Origin: Catajapyx aquilonaris
Taxonomy: Eukaryota
Length of the DNA: 20,000 nucleotides
Assembly (NCBI GenBank): GCA_000934665.2
Contig: KZ538532.1
Span: 44,019 to 64,018 of the forward strand
Direction: 5' to 3'
Under the pieces are notes generated by a model, which saw nothing but the letters and a program-made list of their open reading frames with translations, made no database searches and was not told where the DNA came from. Positions 10,597 through 20,000 of the stretch are shown in pieces (position 1 is the stretch's first letter; the number at the start of each line of letters is the position of its first letter). Both the position numbers and the translations under genes were made by a program.

Positions 10597-10885
10597 GGCC
10601 TTTTTCACATGGGGCCACCATGGCAGCGCTGCCAGGTCTTTGCAATGCTGCAAGTGGGGCCTTTCACACATGGTGGTTGGCAGCGCTGCCCATGCGCCGC
10701 CAGAAATGCTGGTGGCAGGCAGTGTGATTTTCGGCGCTGCCGCCTCTGCCAGCTGGCCGCGTCGCCAACGTGTTTGCATTGAATCATATGAAGCCTTTCA
10801 CACGAGATGTGACTTTTCTTGCGGCCAGCAGTGCTGGCTAATTTATGCGGCAGTGCTGCCATGGTGGCCTCGTGTGAAAATAGCC
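10597..10885. mobile_element. PIF/Harbinger (Tourist-like) MITE, 289 bp
   Basis: About 37-bp TIRs GGCCTTTTTCACATGGGGCCACCATGGCAGCGCTGCC / GGCAGTGCTGCCATGGTGGCCTCGTGTGAAAATAGCC, TTA TSD, and internal GGCAGCGCTGCC repeats. Confidence 0.9.
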
Positions 10886-10947
10886 TTAGTCTCACATCAT
10901 TCACTAAGCTGATGTTTAATTAAATTCGTGTACATGCAGTCACCTTG

Positions 10948-11238
10948 GGGACCGTCCATAAATTACGTAGACACTTTTTTCACCCCCCCCCCCCCCTTCA
11001 TTTACATGTACGGTTGTCCTGCCTCTCTCCCTCTCTCTCTCTTCCCCCCCACCTTTGACCTTGTCAATGGTTAATTGATTCAAAATCATAAGTCAGGCTA
11101 CAAAAGTTCTGTATACTATTACATAACTTATACAATTGTGGCCCCTCCCCCCGATGTACACTCAGGTCCAATATATTGATGACACCCCCGCCCCCCTCAC
11201 TGTTTTTTTCCCTGTCCATGTAATTTATGGATGACTCC
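10948..11238. mobile_element. MITE with about 25-bp TIRs (probably PIF/Harbinger-type)
   Basis: GGGACCGTCCATAAATTACGTAGAC and its diverged inverse GTCCATGTAATTTATGGATGACTCC, with TTG on both flanks. Confidence 0.75.
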
Positions 11239-11757
11239 TTGGTCCATAGTATTGCTCCCCTGTCCACCCACACCCTTGCAGGGCTGCCACATTGTGCAAG
11301 CAGCATGGCCTCATAATCAATTTCTTTAAATGTCAGTTTTAAGAAAGTTAATGACTAAGAAAATTGGGAGTGATCTACCATTACAGTAAAAATTCAAATT
11401 TCATGACCTTCCAATTCCCTCCCATGGCGATTTTAAAGTTGAAAAAGTTGCAAATATTGTAATGATTTTTACAACTCAGTATAGCTAGAAACAGTTGCAC
11501 TTTAATCCTGGATGGCATCCTTTTGTCCATTGCGGAAATGAACTCTGCAATTTTTATTTAGTCATTTGTAAAAAGGTGTACTCATTCCACAAGCATTAAG
11601 GTTGCACTCAGAGCACATTCAAAATTCTGAATTTACATGGTACAGTATCTCATTGCAATGGAATTTATAATTGCAAAAATAACTTGCATTGACGCATATT
11701 TATAAATTGAGTGACTGAATGACAGCCATTTTCTTAATGTTTAATTTTGAAGGTCTG

Positions 11758-11895
11758 CTGGAAAAAACCTCGATGTAGCGCTCCCGCATATAACGCTTTC
11801 CCGCTTTTAACGCCCCCCTTTTTCCGGTCCCTTGACCTGCATATAACGCTACTTTTGGGCGGTCCCTTGAAGAACATTATATCGAGGTTTGACTG
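11758..11895. mobile_element. Short pogo/Tigger-like MITE
   Basis: Right end ATATCGAGGTTTGACTG|TA, degenerate left end AAACCTCGATGTA, and internal TATAACG and CGGTCCCTTGA repeats. Confidence 0.7.
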
Positions 11896-12744
11896 TATTA
11901 GGTTACAGTACATGAGAAACTGCCTGCAGGTATCTTATGTCATCATTTAAATGAGAAATGTGGTGTCTAGTTGTTATACAAGGGTATTGCAAAAGTCAGC
12001 TGAGATAAATATCAATGGAAATCTCGAATACACCTGTAAGTTAAGTTGACCCTCATGTGTAATGGTAGGGTACACTTGTAAACTCAACAGTTTATTCAGA
12101 GGTTCAATTCCTAAAGTCATCACTGACTGAGACTGATTGTATATGTAAAGGACCCATTGGGAATTGTGGCATTGAAACAGATGTTTATGGAGATATATAC
12201 TTATTGCAGACAGCTCCTCAATTTATGAAGGCTCTTGTGTGCAAGGCAACTTGTACAATGATTTCTCTGAAAAGTTTACTAGTGATTATGGGAGACCACA
12301 CTTTATGAATTTATTCATGAGGTAGCACAACTTGGAATTTTGAGCAGCTTAGGGAACAATTAACGTGAAGCAGAAACCTGCCTTGGTTTTAATTTGTTAA
12401 ATTAGGGAGCTGACTCTTGACTCATTGTGCATGGGACATCCACAAACAAATTATTCCCCATGTCAGTGTGAAAGGATGGATTTTGCAGTGTACCACAATG
12501 ATTTGTGGAAGTGGAATATTAGATGAAAGAGTGAAACTCAGTTTTTAAGTATTTTTCTCTGGGTAGTGAAAACCCAGGCATGAAAGTTTTTAGAGTTTGC
12601 AATTTTTTTGAATTGACACACTGCAAAATCAATCCTGGAATCATGGATCCTTTGCTTTATGACCTTATACCGTATTACCTCTCATAAAGCAGCATGCCGG
12701 TGTAGTCGGGGTTGACCAGTTTTTAGAAATCCACGATCTGGTGG

Positions 12745-12985
12745 CAGTGGCGGATCCAGAAATTTTTTCTTGGGGGGGGGGGGGGGGGGGGAGGANNNNN
12801 NNNNNNNNNNNNNNNNNNNNNNNNNNNNNNNNNNNNNNNNNNNNNNNNNNNNNNNNNNNNNNNNNNNNNNNNNNNNNNNNNNNNNNNNNNNNNNNNNNNN
12901 NNNNNNNNNNNNNNNNNNNNNNNNNNNNNNNNNNNNGGGGGGGGCACGTTCCCCCGCCCCCCCCCCCCCCCTAAATCCGCCACTG
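12745..12985. mobile_element. Poly-G/poly-C hAT-type MITE spanning an assembly gap
   Basis: TIRs CAGTGGCGGAT / ATCCGCCACTG and perfect 8-bp TSD TCTGGTGG (12737-12744, 12986-12993). An N-run lies inside, so true length is uncertain. Confidence 0.88.
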
Positions 12986-13195
12986 TCTGGTGGCTATACC
13001 GGCATTCCTTGCCTTATGCTGGTATAAGGCGAGGTTTTCACATAAGTTACATTATCCTTTCTGAACTTGAAATTTGCCTGAAAATCGAAATTCACATAAA
13101 GGCTGGAGAAAATGCACAATTTCCGAATGGTACCCGTACCATTTTCGGTATTGTTTTCAATAGCAGTGTCTGGCAATACTGTGTAAACAGTATGT

Positions 13196-13518
13196 AGGGG
13201 AGGCGGAGTGGTGCTGCGGTAACGTATGCGTCCACGGATGTTAAGGTCCCGGGTTCAATCCAACCCGGGGACACCCCCTTCATCTGGCTTCGTCTCGGGT
13301 GGTATTTCCACAGACTAAACCACCTCGGGGGAGTTCACTAAAAATGGCCACGGATAAGACATTGCACTGCACCTTGCACATCCCCTCATGTCATCCTGCC
13401 TGTGGGCCCGGGCGTTACGTATAAAGGCTCCAATGTACTGTACTTGACATAATAAATAAAGGTCCGTGCTGCATACCTCAGATGAGGTCAAGCACTACCC
13501 CGGATTATTAATTATTAA
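13196..13518 (+). mobile_element. tRNA-derived SINE, copy 3 (full length, 323 bp)
   Basis: A-box-like TGGTGCTGCGG, B-box GGTTCAATCC at 13252-13261, ATT-rich tail, and perfect 14-bp TSD TGTAAACAGTATGT (13182-13195, 13519-13532). Confidence 0.92.
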
Positions 13519-14095
13519 TGTAAACAGTATGTTGGAGCAGGGGGGTTCCCCTGTCAAAGCAGGCTATCGATGGGATTGGTCACACGTTCTACATTTTTTA
13601 TATGCACAGTGCACCAGGACTTGCATATTCTCACAGCCTGTACACTCACCCATTTCCATTGTAACATTATTTTAGTACGGTACCATAAGCACTGCAAAAA
13701 ATTTGGCAAGGATCAAAATTACGGAAATCTACCTCGGTTATTGACGCATGCCGGCCACCACCGGGTTATACCGGCATGCTGGTCGACCTCGTTTTATACC
13801 AGCATGCCGCTTTATTTGAGGTAATACAGTATTAGCCATAAGTAAGCATTCTCTACCCTATTTTAGATCACATTTACTTTTAGAAGCATGCTGCACATTG
13901 TGCTGCAGTATCTCAACTCAGAAATACATTATTTTATGGAGATGGGGGCACTAGCTGTTCAAACTGTACATCCAGGCTCCATGTCTCTAATACCTCAGGT
14001 ATTTCTAAGATGCTCTGCTAAGTGTGCAAAGGTGGCCTTGGTACCATGTTTTGTCATATGAGACCAAGAGCTCTTGATGAGACCTATTACACTAA

Positions 14096-14770
14096 CAAGG
14101 GAACGGTCAGGGTCGGCAACCTCCGATTTGGTTGAAACTGGCTTGAGGGGTCATTCACGTGTGATAGACACAGTGGTGAAAGTGTTAGCTCGCACTGTCC
14201 AGCCATTTCCGAGATATGTGCGACAGTAACATCCTAATTTTGGCCGCGCGCATTTGCCGGGAGCCGCTCTGCCAGCTCCAAATCCCTTCTACCTTGATTC
14301 CCCCCACTTTTTTCGATCCCACGCCACCATCCCCCACTCCCCCACCAATATTTTCGTGTTCCATAGTTTCTTTGCTCCGGTATTTATTATGAGACCATCA
14401 AGCTGCTTTCTTTCGCTTCTGTCAACTGCGAATAAAAAGAGCTTCTATACCTAAAATTGAGTAATGGGGAAAACTCATAATAAATACCGGAGCAAAGAAA
14501 CTAGGGAAAACGAAAATGTTGGTGGGGGAGTGGGGGATGGTGGTGTGGGATCGAAAAAAGTAGGGGAATCAAGGTAGAAGGGATTTGGAGCTGGCAGAGC
14601 AGCTCCTGGCAAATGCGCGCGGCCAAAATTCGGATGTTACTGTCGCTCATATCTCGGAAACGGCTGGACAGTGCGAGCTAACACTTTCACCACTGTGTCT
14701 ATCGCACATGAATGACCCCTCAAGCCAGTTTCAACCAAATCGGAGGTTGTCGACCCTGACCGTTCCCTTG
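14096..14770. mobile_element. Fold-back DNA element, 675 bp, with about 298-bp highly similar inverted arms and an 80-bp spacer
   Basis: Arm 14096-14393 is the reverse complement of 14474-14770 with scattered mismatches. Termini CAAGGGAACGGTCAGGGTCG, with TAA on both flanks. Confidence 0.95.
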
Positions 14771-14824
14771 TAAGAGTTCTGAGAAGTTCCTTATGAATAT
14801 TATTGCATAATATAACCTCTACAG

Positions 14825-15160
14825 ATGGCAACTTAAAGCTGGCGGATTCCTTATTTGTGGAGACGAAACCAGGATTGTCCTCATTTGCATCCAAACCTGA
14901 GGAAGGTGCCAAGAGTATTGGGAAGCTTCTAGAGCATGCCAAAGGATACGTCCCACCAAGTGAATGGGGAAATACCCCTCTGGCTCTTTGGGCTACTGCT
15001 GGACTCAGGCTACTTCCAGAGAAGAAGGCTGACATGCTTCTGGATGCTGTGAGAGAGGAGTTTAGACATTCAGGGTTTATGGTGGCTGAGACATCCGTGT
15101 CCATTATGGGAGGGACAGAAGAAGGACTGTTTTCTTGGTTCACTGTCAATCTCCTCATGG
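14825..15160 (+). CDS. ENTPD5: ENTPD5/6-like NTPDase exon with KPGLSSF, ACR2 (ATAGLRLL) and ACR3 (GTEEG)
   Basis: ACAG acceptor at 14821-14824 and GTAAGA donor at 15161. 336 nt, phase 1/1. Confidence 0.96.
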
Positions 15161-15287
15161 GTAAGAGGTACACTTCACATTTAAAAACGGGACAATTTTT
15201 AACAGGTTCTACAGATGGTGTTGGGTGTTTGCGGGTGGTGTTGGTAATGCAGTGGATAAAGCCTTGTCCTCACTCTTTGGGCAGCAA

Positions 15288-15721
15288 CAGCCCCCAGCAA
15301 CTCCCTCTCTTTTCCCGTGCACATAGTGAGTCCCCTATCCCTGGATGTGGAGTCCCGCATACCCGGATGTGGAGCCCTGTACCAATCGCATTCGAGGGGA
15401 TTACTTCTGAACAATTCTTAACCTACCTAATTGTGAATTCCCATTCAGCCCTTGCTTGCAGTTCCACAGCACCAGCCACCCGAATGTGATTTGGACTGGA
15501 CCAAATTGCATTGGGGTGGCTGGTGCTGTGGATCTGCAAATTGAAACTGAATGGAATTTGACGCTTTAGGTAAGTCCAGTACGGTTCAGAAGTCATCCGC
15601 CTAAATGCAATTTGGTACAGGGCTCCGCATCAGGGTATGCGGGACTCCACATCCCGGGAAAGGGGACTCGCTAAGCACACGGCCTTCCCCATATGGCTTA
15701 ATAGGGAGTTGCTGGGGGCTT
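15288..15721. mobile_element. Almost wholly palindromic fold-back MITE with 8-bp TSD, 434 bp
   Basis: TIRs CAGCCCCCAGCAACTCCCT / AGGGAGTTGCTGGGGGCTT and perfect TSD GGCAGCAA (15280-15287, 15722-15729). Arms pair up to a centre near 15497. Confidence 0.92.
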
Positions 15722-16206
15722 GGCAGCAATATGCATGAACAGTCAGTACAGCCATTAGCTCTTGGTACAGCCATATCCAAGGCAATCTGAGGAAGCTAAG
15801 CACCCCATTTTCTTTCTCTCGTTGTCTCTCCCCTTCCCCCTACTTACCCCCTCTCCTCCCCAGGGAACACACCTGTCACAAGCAGGGGTGAGGGAGGGAC
15901 AAAGTGGGAACAGATATCTTCTGAGAAAAGGAGATGCCTTCAGAGTGGAATCAAGGCTTAGGATCGAAAACCATATTGTTTTGTCTCGAAGAATCAGGCT
16001 GAGTGTACAGTGTACAGGAAGGCTACAATGAGATGTCCCAACAAGTACCACAATAATCTTTAGTGGAGATATTGTACCTAATACCATGAGATGAAAAATT
16101 GAAAGTGTATTACCAAGTGAGATAGAGAGAACCCTTGGCATGTTTGTTTGGGAGCTAATGTTTTTGATGCAAAAGATTCATAATATAATTAGAAATATGA
16201 CAACTA

Positions 16207-16938
16207 CAAGGGTTGGATTTTAAATAGTGGCAACCCTGTCCCCTTCTGCACAGAAACGGATTGTGACTTCTGCACAATAAGGGAGATCCAGACAGATGTG
16301 GGGCTTGTTCGTGTCAAGTTTGGACCCAATTGTGCTCCTGGTGATGGTGACAGGGTAGTTCAAAAGGGCCGCATCCTCGTGCACCGCCCTAAGCCATGGC
16401 ATCGAAGTTAGAACAGTGCTCTTGGTTGAAGATGGAGGTGGTGAGGCAAGACTGTCAATGTCCAGTACTATCGCGACTTATCATGTCTGGAGAGTAGGCA
16501 GGGTGCTCCAGTATTTATCATTGCGAACGAAGCAATAATTCTCTCACTGCCGCTGCAACATTGCAAGGCACATTGTCGTACAACACGATATGGGTTGGTG
16601 TTTGGGTAGTACGGTCGCTTGCGTCGTATCGCTGCTCTCAGATGGTGTTCCAAGAAGTCGCGATAGTTCTGGGCATTGACAGTCCTGCCCTCAGGTACAG
16701 CATGACACAATATTTCACCAAGAGCGCTGTTCTAATTTCAATGCAATGGCTTAGGGTGGTGCACGAGGATGCTTTCCCTTTGAACTACCCTGTCACCATC
16801 ACCAGTAGAACAATCGGGTCCAAACTTGACTCAAACAAGCCCCACATCTGTCTGGATCTCCCTTCTTTCGCAGAAGCAACAACTCCATTTCTGTGCGCAA
16901 GGGGAACAGGGTTGACACTATTTCAAATCCAACCCTAG
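16207..16938. mobile_element. mariner-derived MITE (732 bp) with about 220-bp inverted arms made from the element 5' end
   Basis: TA-flanked termini CAAGGGTTGGATTTTAAATAGTG / CACTATTTCAAATCCAACCCTAG, arms about 16207-16425 and 16716-16938. The centre encodes HAVPEGRTVNAQNYRDFLEHHLRAAIRRKRP and EHPAYSPD on the minus strand. Confidence 0.93.
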
Positions 16939-17028
16939 TAGAATTGCAAAAAAGCAAGCAACCTGCTTGAATTTTTTCAAGTTTTGCAACAAATGCAATA
17001 TTTTTAATTTAGTAAAACCTTGTTGCCA

Positions 17029-17121
17029 TATTGAAATCCTATTTTTTGGTTGGCTCACAAATCCCTGCTTATAATGCTTATTTGAGTCGGTCCCTTGAAA
17101 AGCACATTGAGGGTTTACTCT
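17029..17121. mobile_element. Degraded pogo/Tigger-like MITE related to 11758-11895
   Basis: AGTAAAACCT...GAGGGTTTACT ends and a shared TATAA(T/C)GCT...CGGTCCCTTGAA segment. Confidence 0.5.
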
Positions 17122-17345
17122 ACTAGCTGTCTACTCACAAGACCAGGGTGTACCCAAAGTGAAGAACAACCGTTTACTCGATATTAAAATTTAATAGTCA
17201 GGTTTTTGAATGTTAAGAAATTAGACATATATCAACATTCAGAGGGCAATGACAATGGAAAGTAATTGAGTTTACTGAACATATGGGGTGGTTATGTTAC
17301 GATCCTGCTATTATGCTTATCAACTAGAACTCATCACTTTTCCAG

Positions 17346-17661
17346 GTCGGTTTGACCAGGATGTGAAGTCGACTATGGCTGCTTTGGACTTGGGTGGTGG
17401 GTCAAACCAGATAACTTTTGCTCCAGTGGAGAAATCCACAGTTGAATCAGCTCCTGAAGGCTACATCGAAGTGGTGAATGCATTTAAGCAAAAAATGAAG
17501 GTGTACACATTCAGCTACCTTGGACTAGGACTCATGGCTGCCAGAAAGGCCATTCTTTTGCAAGGCCAGAAGCTGGATGAAAATAACACTGTTGCCTCCC
17601 CATGTGTACACAAGAATGCCCCAAAGATATGGCTATATGGAGGGAAGAAGTACAATGTCAG
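17346..17661 (+). CDS. ENTPD5: ENTPD5/6-like NTPDase exon with ACR4 (LDLGGGSNQ) and SYLGLGL
   Basis: TCCAG acceptor at 17341-17345 and GTAACT donor at 17662. 316 nt, phase 1/2. Confidence 0.96.
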
Positions 17662-18260
17662 GTAACTAGTGAACCCCTAGCTGTTGGTGTCCTCACAAAA
17701 AAAGAGGTGAGAAGGGGCAGCGCCAACCCAGGGTGAGAGATCAAAGTCAGGAAATATGCATCATCTGCTCCACTGCTTCACTAACAGTGAATGTGGGTGC
17801 AACCAGAGCTACAATAGAAATGTCATGAACCAAGCTTTCTTTGGAGGAGAGAGAACAAGTCTAGATGTGCGAGGTAGTTTACTTGCAAATTTTTTCTCTA
17901 GAGCCAAGGTTGTCATATGATTTCCAACTTGTCACTTTTCTGTCACATCCCACATGGCACCTGGCAGAGCGCAGCTTTCTAGCTGACATTGACCTCGCAC
18001 TCTGGGCTTATCATTCAGTTTTAAGAAAATCAGATCACATCCTCCAAATCATAATTTGGAACCAATTTTTAGAGCCCAGCATCTCAATTGAGTGCACTGT
18101 CCAAGGTTGGGTCAATAGAAGAAATCTGATCACATAAAGGAAATATAACATTTCTTTTTTTGTGGACACTGTTTGGAAAAGATCACAATTTCTCATAGAA
18201 AGGTCTACGCTGGAGTGAATTAGTCGTAATTGTTATAGTGACCTTTATTGTTTATTTCAG

Positions 18261-18475
18261 GGGTGTAGAATCATCATCAAGTTCAGATTACGACCAGTGT
18301 GTGAAAATTGCTGAGACGGTTGTGAATGAACATGTGCACCAGCCCGCAGAGATTAACAAGAGGGAAGTAGCTGCATTCTCTTACTACTTTGACAGGGCTG
18401 TAGACGCAGGACTCATTGACCCCTCCACTGGTGGGACTGTCCAAGTACAGCACTTTTATGATGAGGCCAGGAGAG
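18261..18475 (+). CDS. ENTPD5: ENTPD5/6-like NTPDase exon (AFSYYFDRA)
   Basis: TTTCAG acceptor ending at 18260 and GTAAAT donor at 18476. 215 nt, phase 2/1. AFSYYFDRA is typical of ENTPD5/6. Confidence 0.95.
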
Positions 18476-18564
18476 GTAAATGAAGAACATAATAAGTTTT
18501 ATCATAGTAGGAGTAAAACTTTCACTAGAAAACCTAATGGTCAGGTATGGCAAATGCAGTAGCA

Positions 18565-18869
18565 GAGTGGTTCCCAACCTGTTTTCGCTCGTGGCACTCC
18601 TATGCACACCGAAAATTCTGAAGGCACAACTTTACCACTAGGTATAATACTGGTCTTTGTAGTTTGTTCTATGTACTTCTTACGAATTGTCATAGGCAAT
18701 ATTTCACACTGAAAAGTGAAATATAGGGTTGCATTACATTTCACCCAGTATAATTATGACACTTGATATATAAAATTATAACATCCTCAATTTCTAATTT
18801 CATTTTCACGGCGGAGAACTATATGATGTGCAGTTTTTTTTTGCGGCACCCCCCTGTTGGGAACCACGG
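18565..18869. mobile_element. hAT (Charlie-like) MITE, 305 bp
   Basis: TIRs GAGTGGTTCCCAAC / GTTGGGAACCACGG and 8-bp TSD CAGTAGCA / CAATAGCA (one mismatch). Confidence 0.8.
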
Positions 18870-19079
18870 CAATAGCAATTGCAGTAGTAAAACTGCAAAC
18901 CTTACCATCTGGTGCTGATTGATCAGTTGCTGTACAGGATAAATATTGATCTCAACAAGCATTGGTCTGCAATCATTTTCTAGCTTTTTTTGTCTTATGC
19001 AATGGAACCTGCATCAATGTATATTGAGTTGCAGAATTGTGTCAGATTTGTTGCATTTTTGCCCAACTTTTCATACTAG

Positions 19080-19186
19080 CATGCAGCATTGCTAATCCAG
19101 ACCACCCACTGCTATGTTTGGACTTGACATACATTGCTACCCTTTTACACAAAGGTTTTGGATTAACAAGTGACCACATGTTACAG
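19080..19186 (+). CDS. ENTPD5: ENTPD5/6-like NTPDase exon (CSIANPDHPLLCLDLTYIATLLHKGFGL)
   Basis: TAG acceptor at 19077-19079 and GTATGT donor at 19187. 107 nt, phase 1/0. CxDLTYIxxLLxxGFG motif, translated by hand. Confidence 0.93.
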
Positions 19187-19248
19187 GTATGTGAATGAGT
19201 TTTATTAATATCATCATTTTTCCACTAAAATGAGTATCCTATTCACAG

Positions 19249-19326
19249 ATTATCAAGAAGATAGATGGTCATGAAGTTAGTTGGGCTTTAGGAGCTGCGT
19301 ATCACATATTAGAGAATGGATTTTGA
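19249..19326 (+). CDS. ENTPD5: ENTPD5/6-like NTPDase last coding exon with ACR5: IIKKIDGHEVSWALGAAYHILENGF*
   Basis: CACAG acceptor ending at 19248 after a 62-nt intron, SWALG motif, and TGA stop at 19324-19326. Confidence 0.94.
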   Translation: MIKKIDGHEVSWALGAAYHILENGF

Positions 19327-20000
19327 GCTTGTTTTGCTAAATCCATTGTTAGAGATTATACTATGCAGTAATTAATTCATGGGTTGCTTCAAAAGTTATG
19401 AAACATATTTACTGAATGCCTAAATATTTATAATGTTGAAATTAAGCTCACTTTGAAGGGTTTGTTAAGCTCCTTCAGCCATGGTCTACATATGGTACAC
19501 TAATCCTCTAAAAAATTGAAATAGGGTGATGATCCCAGATTCTTTTTGGATTTATGCCTATTTATATCCACAAGCAATAATTGCCAAGGATAGTGGGTGT
19601 CACCAAGTCTTGGTCAGCTTGCATAAGCCAAAGATGGGTGCATAGTTTCTGTGCAGTGCATGAAACAAGTTTCATGCTATACAAGGCAGTAGTGCTGCCA
19701 CTGGTACCGAACATTACCTCACTTAAAGCGGCATGCCACAATAACCACGGTAGATTTCCATAATTTGGATCCTTGTCAAATATTTTATAATGCGTTTCTT
19801 AGGTCGTACTAAAATAATGCTATGGTGATAAATGGACAAGTACAGGGCTGTGAAAATATGCAAGTTCGTCTGTTGCACAGTGCATAGTATGTGACAATCC
19901 CTACCCACCAAAAACCTTTCTGTAAAAAAAAGGCCAAGTTCTCCTGACTGCTTGGCCGTAAAAAGTGGTGAGATCTGAAATACGGCCAAGTTCAACGTCG

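Larger units (their letters stand above)
12670..13829. mobile_element. TA-flanked pogo/Tc1-like non-autonomous element hosting two nested insertions
   Basis: TIRs CCGTATTACCTCTCATAAAGCAGCATGC / GCATGCCGCTTTATTTGAGGTAATACAG, TA at 12668-12669 and 13830-13831, and repeated GCATGCCGG / TATACCGGCAT motifs. Confidence 0.85.

Noticed and set aside
12723..13027. Gly/Pro-rich ORFs across the N gap
   Set aside because: Artefacts of homopolymer runs and Ns inside a MITE.
14637..15173. 178-aa antisense ORF
   Set aside because: Shadow of the NTPDase exon plus a TE arm, with no recognisable domain.
15161..15489. C-terminal half of the 228-aa NTPDase ORF
   Set aside because: Follows a GTAAGA donor and runs into a fold-back MITE. 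Homology resumes at 17346.
19843..20000. Possible start of another hAT-like element (CAGGGCTGTGAAAA)
   Set aside because: The partner terminus is not in the window, so it cannot be supported.

Overview
Eukaryotic genomic DNA, most likely an insect or other arthropod (inferred from protein similarity; species not identifiable). Two intron-containing genes are arranged head-to-head. On the minus strand are the first three coding exons of a d4/DPF (Requiem/BAF45) chromatin-remodelling subunit (8332-8283, 6847-6738, 3331-2913), with the rest of the gene off the left edge. On the plus strand is an essentially complete ENTPD5/6-like nucleoside diphosphatase (GDA1/CD39 family; six exons, 9827/9887-19326, 427 aa from Met 9887). 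About 40% of the window, all intronic, is non-autonomous mobile DNA: Tc1/mariner derivatives, hAT and PIF/Harbinger-type MITEs, pogo-like MITEs, long fold-back elements and three tRNA-derived SINEs, several of them nested. I see no new protein-coding system. The most notable observations are SINEs with swapped head/tail modules around a shared core, mariner-type elements built from two copies of one end, a three-level nest filling d4 intron 1, an NTPDase exon flanked by long hairpins, and two unusual substitutions in NTPDase conserved motifs.
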